Shown here: piece by piece, positions 38,132 to 47,772 of the stretch
Position numbering within the stretch: the first letter of the stretch is position 1
Layout: every line of letters starts with the position of its first letter
DNA from: Barthelona sp. PCE
Lineage: Eukaryota
Direction: 5' to 3'
Length of the DNA stretch: 64,000 nucleotides
Assembly (NCBI GenBank): GCA_040285745.1
Contig: JAUFOR010000008.1
Coordinates: forward strand, 682,001-746,000
The notes under the pieces: model-generated
Told to the model about the DNA's origin: nothing
The model's input: the letters and a program-made list of their open reading frames with translations, nothing else
Database searches by the model: none
Position numbers and translations under genes: made by a program

Positions 38132-40105
38132 TTATTTATTGTAACTACGGTTTAACTCGTTTAAAAGCCATACCCTACTCGACTTACGTGTCGATCTATG
38201 GCGCATAACACCCTCCTGACGATCATTAATCTTCTCAACTGCGTGATGACTAGCAATGAAGTGCTCTTCCGTTACTGTATCCGTCTTTGGTTCAATTACG
38301 GTTCTTATACGTGTTGCTGCGAGTTCATCCATATCTATTGCTGTTGGTGGTGATGTATCAATCACAATAACTGGAATAACCTCAAGCAATCTGTATATCC
38401 GCTCAATTGGGGTTGTACACGTCACAATGACAAAGTTATCGGTCTTAATCAATGGTTCCTTAAGTTCAATGCGCGCTTCAGCGTTGAATTCGAGCATAGC
38501 TGCATGAAGACGTTCAAGATCACTGCGAGTTGCAACACCAACAACGCTACCGTTTGGATCTGTAACTGAAAACACATTTCCATCGTTTGAGAACAGAAAA
38601 CTGCCAAGTTCCACCACATTCGTCTGCTGCCTAATAGAAACTGGCTTTTTGATCAGAAGACCACATTCCACAACCTTGGATTCAATCGGTGGCTGCGTCC
38701 ACTGAGGAATTGCGCCCTCGTCATACGCTACTGAGTCGATGATACTGGGCCCAAGAAGACGACGTATCTGACTTGTGATAACACATATGATAAACAGTGG
38801 GACACTCAAGGAAAAGGAAAAAATCTCACAGAAAGCAATACCCACTGCTAGAGGTAGCTGCGTGTATGCGGTGAGAAATGCTCCACCACAGCAGATAGAA
38901 AGAGTGACAATAGTAACTTGGCTTTCGTAAAGTGCCGATCCTAACGCAGATCCTGCAAAACAACCAATATAAATATATGCAACGAATATTGTACCCACAA
39001 ACGGCCGGCCGTATGCAACTATTGAGGATAGAGCCAGTACAATCGCGGCTCTTGATACGTTTTCGATGGTACCACTTGTAAAAAGTGACTGACTCAACAA
39101 ATCTTGTGAGTGTGATAATTCCGCACTTGTGTATATAAGAAAGACAGCGATGAGGGCGAAAAATGGTCCCGAGAACCACAGTTCATGTGCAGCAAACACT
39201 CTATTTCTAATTTTGTGAAGTGAAGCCGTTAAATACTCGAGAAAAAACTCTGTGAACGCAATAATAAATCCTGAAACCAACAATGCAATGAAAAATGACC
39301 ATGAAAGGTCCACCGTCAGTTTCTCATCAAATAAAATGATTGGATCAACTGTGAACAACTCTGTTGTTACCGTTGTTGCCAATGTTGCGAAGAAAAGCAT
39401 TGGGTACTCTTCTGTCGATAATTTAAGAAAACCGACAGCAAACAAAATCGAACCCCATCTAGTACCAAATACTGTTGAACTCGACATACTTATTGATACA
39501 GCAACAATCTGTCTAATAGATAACTTGTTTGTACTTATCCTGCTTGGAAGTCGTATTAAAAGCGTTGTTGTTATGAATATCATTGGAAAAAAAGTATCAA
39601 AACCTGTAGGCAAATGCGAACCACGAGCGATAATGGAACCAACAAAGATAAAAATTGAATTCTTTAAAGAGAACAATTGCTTTGGGTTCTTCATGACATG
39701 AGCTGATAGAACGTGTGGCATAGAAGGAAATTCCTTTAGAAAAACAGCAAAAAAACTTGCTAAAAATACTAGAACCATAGAATATGAAACCCAACTCAGT
39801 ATAGGAAGAAATGAAACTAATGAGTTATTGAAAACCGAGGAAGAGGCAACGTGCAAATTCGCTAAAATATCGTTCACCTCAACAAGTACAATATATACAA
39901 GAGAAGATAAAACTGCAACTACAAAAAACAATAAAAAGTTCAATAACGTCTGCCATATGCGATACATGCTGTATATAAGAGCACCTCCAGTCGCAGCAAG
40001 AGCCCTTTGTGGTCTAGATCCCTCAAAAACAACTGTGCCTCTATCGATTAAAATACGCCTGAGTATCTTCGTTTCACGATCGGCTGATGTGAAAGACTGG
40101 GTCAT
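38132..40105 (-). CDS. highly divergent CLC-family membrane protein with C-terminal CBS-like domain
   Basis: CLC helix order is preserved: FGTRWGSILFA resembles FxAPxGGxLF, GGAFLTAYTQLPLAVGIAFCE resembles AAxxxGxTx..S..VI..E, followed by SIID and CBS-like VVGVATRSDL. Confidence 0.7.
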   Translation of the reverse strand: MTQSFTSADRETKILRRILIDRGTVVFEGSRPQRALAATGGALIYSMYRIWQTLLNFLLFFVVAVLSSLVYIVLVEVNDILANLHVASSSVFNNSLVSFLPILSWVSYSMVLVFLASFFAVFLKEFPSMPHVLSAHVMKNPKQLFSLKNSIFIFVGSIIARGSHLPTGFDTFFPMIFITTTLLIRLPSRISTNKLSIRQIVAVSISMSSSTVFGTRWGSILFAVGFLKLSTEEYPMLFFATLATTVTTELFTVDPIILFDEKLTVDLSWSFFIALLVSGFIIAFTEFFLEYLTASLHKIRNRVFAAHELWFSGPFFALIAVFLIYTSAELSHSQDLLSQSLFTSGTIENVSRAAIVLALSSIVAYGRPFVGTIFVAYIYIGCFAGSALGSALYESQVTIVTLSICCGGAFLTAYTQLPLAVGIAFCEIFSFSLSVPLFIICVITSQIRRLLGPSIIDSVAYDEGAIPQWTQPPIESKVVECGLLIKKPVSIRQQTNVVELGSFLFSNDGNVFSVTDPNGSVVGVATRSDLERLHAAMLEFNAEARIELKEPLIKTDNFVIVTCTTPIERIYRLLEVIPVIVIDTSPPTAIDMDELAATRIRTVIEPKTDTVTEEHFIASHHAVEKINDRQEGVMRHRSTRKSSRVWLLNELNRSYNK

Positions 40106-40168
40106 AGCGTGAACGTAAAATTATGATACAGGGTATAATGTCTAAAACATCGTTTTAAATCATATACT

Positions 40169-40176
40169 CCTTTTCA
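40169..40176 (+). promoter_or_regulatory. CCTTTTCA candidate core-promoter/initiator element
   Basis: 18 nt upstream of IFT139 ATG 40195. Confidence 0.6.
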
Positions 40177-40194
40177 TTCGCTGTTCTGTATAAG

Positions 40195-43100
40195 ATGCAG
40201 GACCTATCAACATTCAAGTACTACTTCAGAGAGGGGTTCTTCAATATTGCGCGTTCGTACATTGCGAATGAAATGAAACTTCAATCTATGAAGCCTGAGC
40301 TGGTTATATGTCAGGCCATGGTATTGTACTGCATTGGGGAGGTTAATGAGAGTCTGCGCTTACTTCAGCCATTTATAAAATCCGATAATAGCGACCACTT
40401 TCCTCTTACAGCATGTACAGTTTTTCATCACATACAAGATAATATGGAGAGCAAGAACGATGATGTTGTGTTTGAGTATGAGAGCAAAATTGATGATCAC
40501 GAGAACGGTGGTTATATTTCTATTGATGACTTTAATCTGTCCATTTTCTTTCATCATGTTGTAGGAAACTCCTCTAGGGCATCGGATCTCATCGATTCCG
40601 CCGGTTTGGAGGATCCTAGTAACCCAGAACTTGAAAACCTTGGAGCTTGGCAGATTCTCATGTTTCATACAGATGTATCCGATCTTGAAGACGCTTTTGG
40701 CACCTTCAAGTCCCTTGTTAGCGCAAATTATAACTTTGTAGACGCACACGTAGGACTTTTCGAGACCATCATGAAAATTTTGGAAAAGAATTCTAACTCT
40801 GATCTACTTGATGATTTTGATATCACAGAGTTTATCAATTCCTTCATATCCCGCCATTCAAAACTTCCATTTCTCAACGAGATCCGTGCTCGATATTTCG
40901 CTACCAAAAATGATTGGCAGAATGTGTACGGTATAGTCAGTGGTGAGCACACGAGTGTTGTGTCTTCTCTCTACCTCGTCCTGTATTATTGTGTGAGCAA
41001 ATCCAACACAAAGATGCTCGTCAAGTCACTCGAGCATTTATATCGTCTGCTCGATAGTATGGAGACAAACAACCATGCCCTTTGGTTCCACTGTTGCAAC
41101 GTCATTTTTCGGTTTGCATCAAAGAACAAGAATGTATACAAAATCCTGAGCAACATGCTACAAACCGTTATTAAACTGAAGAAATTACCCGAATACCTCT
41201 TACTGTTCTTACAGTTCTCGTATGCCAAGTCTGTGAATTCTTACACAAAGACATATAACTCTCTGAAGTCAATTCCCAATCTGCCAATCTCGTTCTTCGA
41301 GGCAAATACCAGGTTTTTACTAAAATCAAACGATGTAGCACAAGCCAGATCATTCATGAACAGTTTCGCTTCAGTTGCTGAGAGTCTCGGAGAGTCAGCA
41401 GAGTACATCTTCCTCAATGCACATATTTCTTTGTTTGAATTGGGAGACGTCGCTTCCTTCTTCGAAGAAGTTAAACGCTCTCTTGATCAGCACATGCGTT
41501 CTGCCAATCTTTGCATTTCAGGTGAGGACGAGGAAGTGTTTGATGACTTTGATCTGTTTGATGATGCTGAAGGAAAAACAACATCAGCGTTCATGTCTCA
41601 CGTGGAAAGATTAGGCAGTGTCAATCCTCTTTTCCTGACTGACCTATTTGCTGCTGTCTACAGATTCATACCCATCGATGGACTTCCCACTTACCCACTC
41701 AGTCTTCACATTGACACATTCACCTTTATTGAACCTTCTCTCCGTTGCGATCTACCCCTCAACGGTGTTATAGATTTTCTGACGTCCATCGTTGACATCC
41801 TCAATATATATTGCCCTGGATACCTTCCTGGCCAGATGTGCTCAGTTTTACTTCAGCTATTGAAGGGTAAGAAACCACAGCGTGTACTTTCATTTATCGA
41901 GCGTTTAATTGATGAGAATGAGGCCAACCAATCACTGTTGCTCTTACAAGCATACATTCAGCTTCTGTGCGACATTGATCCAAGTATCGTTGATCAGACG
42001 CTTGAGCAGGCGGTGAGTTTGAACTTCAAAATTAGAGATTTTCCCTTCTACAAGGTTCTCACTGCCCGTGTTTCTTTCTTACTGAAAAAGTACTCAATAG
42101 CACTGCAAAACGTGCTAGAAATTCTTCAAAGCTATGGCTTTGTATCGAATTTCGTCGTTAGTAATCTCGAAGTCAACTTAGCAGACATGGTTGTCAATTT
42201 GCCCACACACTTTGTGAATGAGGTGGAGTCTGATCTAATGGATAGCAAGATGGGAGTAGATGCACTTGTCTCTCTCCCAGGACTGCTTAAGGGTGATTAT
42301 TATAATGTATTGTTCATTGAGAGGCTGTACTGTGAGGCAATCATCTATTACAGTCACTATGTCTATCAGCAGCGTTACTCATTTGAGGTCTATCTCAGTG
42401 TGATGACCCAGTTGGTTGATAAGGGATACGATAAGACTGAGGCAGAAACAAGAACGAACGGTGATTTGATTTTTGCTAAACTCTTTTTCTTCACTCTTTT
42501 CGAGTTTTACGATGATTCTACTGATCTTTTAAAGCAGATTTCACCGTCTAGCTCCCGGTACGCCTTCTCCAAGAGGGTAATGGGTCGTATTCTACTTATG
42601 TCCGGCCGAAACCAGGCATTCATTAATGTTTACAAGGATCTATGCTCCCAAAGTGAGCCCAAATCTCTCGACTTTGTACACAATCATCTGATGCTTGCTA
42701 AGGCTTATGAGGACCTCAACAGATGTTTTGAAGCGCTTAACACGTTCGAGATCACCTACAAGACCCTCAATAGAATGATAAAGGATCTCAGACGTTTGAC
42801 GGTATCAGACGAAGAGAAGGAGAGAAGGGCCGCAGAACTTCGAATTCTGGTTGAATCAGTCGTTTTCTCATTGGCTGACATGAAGCTCCGCACTTACAAC
42901 TTCAATGACGCGTATGTATTGTACCAACAGGCGCTTAGAGCAGCAACTAACCCGCTCACTATCATGCGTCTAAAGAAGAGTATCGTTCAAGTATTGGTTA
43001 TCCTCAACAAAAGTGAAGACATAATGAAATTCCTTGACGTTAATGATCTGATGGCGAGATCCACTGCTTATGATAGTGAAACGGTCGAGATCAAGCACGT

Positions 43101-44694
43101 TGGTGCCTTAAGTCTCTTTGAAGTGGGTAAACATAAGCTTCTTCTTGCGAGAAACCTTCCTTCCACTGAAAAGTTCAAAGTTTTCCGAGAGGTGCAAGAT
43201 ATATTCAACAAGAGTCGTAAGGTGATGCAGACCGTGCTAAATCAGACGTCTACACAGGAGGTTGATGTAAGAAACGCTATCGAAAAGGAGTTGTGTGACA
43301 TATTGGTTGAGTATGGTAGCTTGCTCGAAGAGATGCGACGTGAAAGTCAGGCACTCACGTTGTATAATGCTGCAATTGAGCTTAACCCAGATAATGTTAG
43401 TGCGCGTATCAGTATTGCTGAACTTTTTATGCATCAGGCTGATTACGACGGAGTTATTTCTTCTCTCAAACCACTCGTGGCGAGAGGCGTTCGAAACCTT
43501 GACGTCTCAGTGTATAGTTTGCTGGGAAAGGCATATCTTCAAATTGACGGCATCAGCGAAGCTTTGGATCACTATGGACGTCTGCTTGGAATAGAATCAG
43601 GAAAAACATCCCGAACAGAGATAGATTATGCGGTTCTGAGTGAGTACATCCAACTCGCACTTCGTTCTGATAACCAGGAATGTTTAGAGAATGCTGAACA
43701 ACTTCTTCAACTGTTGAAATTGCACAGGCGCGATAATGATGTTGGTTATCACTTTGCTTTAGGCATGCTGTATTTTTACAGAAGCAGATTCAATGATGCG
43801 ATTAAAGAGCTTTCCCATGCCAGACACCATAAGCGCTTTGGTCTTGAAGCATCACATACAATGATCAACATATATTTCTCACAGTTGCAGTTGTTCACAG
43901 TACCGTTAAAGAAGAACCAAGATATCATAAACAGAACACAGCTTGCAATAATTTCTGGTGAGGCTCTGAACCTAGACATCGATGATGTGAACGAGCGCGT
44001 GACGGAGGATGATGGTCTGAACAAAACTGCCGTATCTATGATCAATACTGTGTATCACTTGATTGACGAGATGCCTGATGCGTTCTTGCGCTACCAACAG
44101 CAGCGTGAGGTTTATTTTTCGTTTTGCAGAATTGCAATGAAAGAGAAGCAGACAGTTAACGACGCTATCAGAACATTGCAAGAAATTGTTGCACAGAACG
44201 AGTGTGATGAAGCTTATCTGTGCTTGGCAGCTGCTCATTTCAGATCAGGATCGGTCCCGAAGTGCCGTAACGCACTGGGTAAGGTTGTTCAGCTGTCTGA
44301 TCCTCTGTCACTCACATTTGAAAGAGGTGCAATAATGCTTGCTGCTCTACATCTAAACAGCGCAAAGTTCGACAATGCTCAGTCTTTGTGCGGTCAGATT
44401 TTAAGAGTCAATGAAAGTCATAGCACTGCTTACGAATATCTTGGAGACATAAAGGAAAGAGAGCATGCTTTTATTGATGCTATTGACCTGTTTGCAAAAG
44501 CATGGGAGCTCAGTAGTAAGAGTGACCTGCTTGTTGGTTTTAAATTGGCTAGTTGTCACCTTAAAGCACAAAACTACGTTGAAGTTATTAATATCTGTCA
44601 CCAAATTTTTGAAATTGACAGCAATTGCACAGAAGTATACGTAAAACTCCTTACACCTGCAAGAAAGAAACTTAAGCGTAAAATCAGAAGCTAG
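40195..44694 (+). CDS. TTC21B: IFT-A subunit IFT139 / TTC21B (TPR protein)
   Basis: N-terminal YYFREG, TPR arrays, AVSLNFKIRDFPFY, KCRNAL, AYEYLG.I.ERE and C-terminal VGFKLA..HLKA..YV..I.ICHQ. Confidence 0.88.
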   Translation: MQDLSTFKYYFREGFFNIARSYIANEMKLQSMKPELVICQAMVLYCIGEVNESLRLLQPFIKSDNSDHFPLTACTVFHHIQDNMESKNDDVVFEYESKIDDHENGGYISIDDFNLSIFFHHVVGNSSRASDLIDSAGLEDPSNPELENLGAWQILMFHTDVSDLEDAFGTFKSLVSANYNFVDAHVGLFETIMKILEKNSNSDLLDDFDITEFINSFISRHSKLPFLNEIRARYFATKNDWQNVYGIVSGEHTSVVSSLYLVLYYCVSKSNTKMLVKSLEHLYRLLDSMETNNHALWFHCCNVIFRFASKNKNVYKILSNMLQTVIKLKKLPEYLLLFLQFSYAKSVNSYTKTYNSLKSIPNLPISFFEANTRFLLKSNDVAQARSFMNSFASVAESLGESAEYIFLNAHISLFELGDVASFFEEVKRSLDQHMRSANLCISGEDEEVFDDFDLFDDAEGKTTSAFMSHVERLGSVNPLFLTDLFAAVYRFIPIDGLPTYPLSLHIDTFTFIEPSLRCDLPLNGVIDFLTSIVDILNIYCPGYLPGQMCSVLLQLLKGKKPQRVLSFIERLIDENEANQSLLLLQAYIQLLCDIDPSIVDQTLEQAVSLNFKIRDFPFYKVLTARVSFLLKKYSIALQNVLEILQSYGFVSNFVVSNLEVNLADMVVNLPTHFVNEVESDLMDSKMGVDALVSLPGLLKGDYYNVLFIERLYCEAIIYYSHYVYQQRYSFEVYLSVMTQLVDKGYDKTEAETRTNGDLIFAKLFFFTLFEFYDDSTDLLKQISPSSSRYAFSKRVMGRILLMSGRNQAFINVYKDLCSQSEPKSLDFVHNHLMLAKAYEDLNRCFEALNTFEITYKTLNRMIKDLRRLTVSDEEKERRAAELRILVESVVFSLADMKLRTYNFNDAYVLYQQALRAATNPLTIMRLKKSIVQVLVILNKSEDIMKFLDVNDLMARSTAYDSETVEIKHVGALSLFEVGKHKLLLARNLPSTEKFKVFREVQDIFNKSRKVMQTVLNQTSTQEVDVRNAIEKELCDILVEYGSLLEEMRRESQALTLYNAAIELNPDNVSARISIAELFMHQADYDGVISSLKPLVARGVRNLDVSVYSLLGKAYLQIDGISEALDHYGRLLGIESGKTSRTEIDYAVLSEYIQLALRSDNQECLENAEQLLQLLKLHRRDNDVGYHFALGMLYFYRSRFNDAIKELSHARHHKRFGLEASHTMINIYFSQLQLFTVPLKKNQDIINRTQLAIISGEALNLDIDDVNERVTEDDGLNKTAVSMINTVYHLIDEMPDAFLRYQQQREVYFSFCRIAMKEKQTVNDAIRTLQEIVAQNECDEAYLCLAAAHFRSGSVPKCRNALGKVVQLSDPLSLTFERGAIMLAALHLNSAKFDNAQSLCGQILRVNESHSTAYEYLGDIKEREHAFIDAIDLFAKAWELSSKSDLLVGFKLASCHLKAQNYVEVINICHQIFEIDSNCTEVYVKLLTPARKKLKRKIRS

Positions 44695-45364
44695 AAGACC
44701 GTTTTGATGATGTAAAGAAATCGGAAATTGTTTTTTGCTTTTTGCGCTTTGGTTCCCCTTCATTTCCATGTATAGGACGCAGTGAAGCATGTAAAATTGC
44801 ATGGAACTTGCGTGCCTTTGTCGAACCTACCCCGTCTATAGACTGAATCTCACTTATGGATGCACTACAAATTGCACGAAAGGTTTTGAAACGCTGAATA
44901 ATTGCACTAGCATTAGTAGTTGATAGTCCTGCAATGTGAAAAACGCGCTCTAGTACATCAACAATGTCACCAACGTTCTTCAACTGCGAAGTATCAGAGT
45001 TAAGAGAGTGGTGAGTTAGTAAAGTAATGTACTTTCCTGCCTCTGTAAAACCGTTTGCCATCAACAGAGTGCACCTATTTAGCACACAAAAGTGGTTCAA
45101 CAGGTTAAACGTTTCAGCGGAATCGTCTTCATTAACAATCGCGATAATAAATATGGGATTTTCACCTACCGCTTGTAAAACACAATTTCGAATATAATTG
45201 GGGTTTCTAGTAAGGTATGATACCTCAACAACAAACACAATTATGCGATCATTGAGAAAATAGTGGAAAGATGCATTATCCACAAATTGAATAGAATACC
45301 CCGGAATACAACGTACAACAGGACTCTTACGTTGGTTTTCGTGTGCAACAATACTGTGTGACAT
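44684..45364 (-). CDS. ERCC1: ERCC1/Rad10 DNA excision repair protein
   Basis: Q..SPV, Y...NPNYI and CTLLMA...EAGKYI central domain; tandem HhH motifs (IAGLSTTNA, IDGVGSTKA). Confidence 0.85.
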   Translation of the reverse strand: MSHSIVAHENQRKSPVVRCIPGYSIQFVDNASFHYFLNDRIIVFVVEVSYLTRNPNYIRNCVLQAVGENPIFIIAIVNEDDSAETFNLLNHFCVLNRCTLLMANGFTEAGKYITLLTHHSLNSDTSQLKNVGDIVDVLERVFHIAGLSTTNASAIIQRFKTFRAICSASISEIQSIDGVGSTKARKFHAILHASLRPIHGNEGEPKRKKQKTISDFFTSSKRSSSF

Positions 45365-45400
45365 TCATGAAAATGGAAAGGGTGAAAAATTCGAAAACAA

Positions 45401-47680
45401 CTATTTACGTTTATTTGGTCGCACCTTACGCGATCTGACTGATGGTTTTGCCTTTGCAGCGACTGCATTCTGAAGTTGAGAATATCTATCTTCAAGTTTC
45501 TGGCCTTCTTTATCAGCAGGCTGTTCAGTATTAGCATCCTTATTGAAATCAAAGTTAAGAAACTCGCTTTTGAATTTGTTAAGTACGAAATTGCCCTCCA
45601 AATCCTTGATAAAAAAATTTAAGAAATTTGTAAAACTAGGCTTTGAATTAAACACTTCATCATGCTTTATATGTGCCTTTCTGGCAATTTTAAGCAAAAA
45701 TTCCACACAGTGGAATAAAACATAAAGCGGAAGTTTAAGACAAGCGTCGAAAACATCACTTAAACTGAGTGAAAATATGTTAAAACATAGTACAATGAAG
45801 AATATGCACAATTCCAACGATCTGTCCATTAAATGGTTATTGTTGCTTTGCAAAGCAAACATAAGTTCAATAAATGACCCGAATCTTAAACGAAAAGTAT
45901 AAAGCAACAAAATTACAACGACAAAATGAACAAAGTAAGAATAAATGAGTGATGTAGATATTGACATGTGGTACAAAAGAGCATGTGGGAAACGCAAAAC
46001 TAATGTAGCAAAAAGGATTGCCAGGAATAGCTTGACAAAAACGTTAGTAAAGATGATTGTTGCAGTGTGTGAGTAAAACTTCTTATCACTGTAATGAAAA
46101 TGGAAACATAAAGGTAATAAAAAGCAACCGAGAACCAACATCTTCTTACGCTTACGTCTTATTGTGATTTTGTTCAATGGATCGCTTAAAAATACGTTAC
46201 GGGATGCGTCTAAATCCCTAAAAGGTGGCATAAAGTATTGCAAGTAATCGTTGTGCAAGTTTCTTAGTAAGTGTAATAAATAACTCAACACAAAACGTAA
46301 AACAATGTACAACGTTCTTAATTGAATAAACGGAAGGAACATGACTAAAAGAAACTGTTCAATAAGAACAACACGCTTGAAATTCGCAAAAATCAAATAA
46401 CAAACAATGATAAACGCTTTCAAGCGCTCAAAGTCGGTTACTTCAACAATATTACCAGTCTTCATCACATCACGCACGATCTTAAAGAAAGGGCGCTTGA
46501 GCTTCTTCCTTTTTCTGACCTTATCCTTGTATTGATTTTTGCTGGATGATTTATGTCTCCTTCGAACTTTAACCTTCTTTTTCTTTGCGTACAATGCATA
46601 ATTCGCTTGATTAAACGCCTTAATGGTGGTGTAATCAATCTTTGGAAGCAGCAAGAATACAAAAAGAATGAAGCTATACCAAGTTGAAGTAACTTTGTAC
46701 TGAACAAACAGAACAATATTAAGAACAATGATGAAAACAATAATATCCAAGGCATACACGCTCAGGTATAAGTAGCTCTTTAGGTTTTTCATGTTCAAAT
46801 TGTTTTTAATAAGAAACGAAACAAAGAAGTTAAAAAGAAGGCGTAGAAAACTTATTCCAGTGAGAAATCGAAATATTTGTATTACCAACTGATTGAAACT
46901 GACTGTGAGGGTTACTATCGAACCCAAGCATAACAAAACTCCAATTAACGTCATAATTATCGTTGGATTAGTTGACACGGATATCCGACATATTAAAACG
47001 CCATAAATTGCTGAAACAAAGCACAATATTGTTATTGGCAGATACCCATTAAGGAATATGTTGGGGAACAAACTTAGTAGCACACATACAACCATATCTC
47101 CTAGCAATCCGATCAATGTAGCACATAAATGCACTACCAATGCAACTGCCATGTACTTGATTGATTGGCGCTTCTTTGCATAAACCAAAAGTGCGAAACC
47201 AAACAAATAGTAATTGCCAAACACTGAAAAATTTCCAACGTTAAACCCTGCCAAAATCATGAATAATAATTGAAATATAAGCAAAACTGGTGAAACTGCG
47301 CCAATTACGACACTTACAAGAACATGTGAACAAAATCGTGTGATATCCAAAGTAAAGGAGTAAATCATTCTGAAATTACCGAAAAAAGAATTCATTCTTT
47401 GAAATACCATGGGAATTGACATGTTACTCAAAAACAAATTAAGGCAGAAAGAAATGTATGTGGAGAGAAAAACCCATAAAAAACGAATGGAGAACACTTC
47501 AGCAACATAATCATTAAATTGGCGGTATGTGATCTTCTCACTCCCCTCTTTCTCAGGCTCTTCTGCCTTCTTCTCAAAAAAAACACCCAGTTTCTCATCT
47601 ATCTTAGGTAAAAACGAATCTTCCCATATTGACATGTGCTCAATGATCGCATCCTTCCGCAGATGCACGTCTGAGAACAT
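45401..47680 (-). CDS. hypothetical polytopic membrane protein with a basic internal loop
   Basis: 759-aa ORF with more than ten hydrophobic segments, interrupted by KKKKVKVRRRHK...KRKKLKR. Confidence 0.7.
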   Translation of the reverse strand: MFSDVHLRKDAIIEHMSIWEDSFLPKIDEKLGVFFEKKAEEPEKEGSEKITYRQFNDYVAEVFSIRFLWVFLSTYISFCLNLFLSNMSIPMVFQRMNSFFGNFRMIYSFTLDITRFCSHVLVSVVIGAVSPVLLIFQLLFMILAGFNVGNFSVFGNYYLFGFALLVYAKKRQSIKYMAVALVVHLCATLIGLLGDMVVCVLLSLFPNIFLNGYLPITILCFVSAIYGVLICRISVSTNPTIIMTLIGVLLCLGSIVTLTVSFNQLVIQIFRFLTGISFLRLLFNFFVSFLIKNNLNMKNLKSYLYLSVYALDIIVFIIVLNIVLFVQYKVTSTWYSFILFVFLLLPKIDYTTIKAFNQANYALYAKKKKVKVRRRHKSSSKNQYKDKVRKRKKLKRPFFKIVRDVMKTGNIVEVTDFERLKAFIIVCYLIFANFKRVVLIEQFLLVMFLPFIQLRTLYIVLRFVLSYLLHLLRNLHNDYLQYFMPPFRDLDASRNVFLSDPLNKITIRRKRKKMLVLGCFLLPLCFHFHYSDKKFYSHTATIIFTNVFVKLFLAILFATLVLRFPHALLYHMSISTSLIYSYFVHFVVVILLLYTFRLRFGSFIELMFALQSNNNHLMDRSLELCIFFIVLCFNIFSLSLSDVFDACLKLPLYVLFHCVEFLLKIARKAHIKHDEVFNSKPSFTNFLNFFIKDLEGNFVLNKFKSEFLNFDFNKDANTEQPADKEGQKLEDRYSQLQNAVAAKAKPSVRSRKVRPNKRK

Positions 47681-47772
47681 TCTTTAATTGCAGAAAAGGT
47701 ATACAAATAGAATAACAAGTGTTATAGCTTATCTCACCTTGTACATATATTTTTGGGATATTTATCACACAT

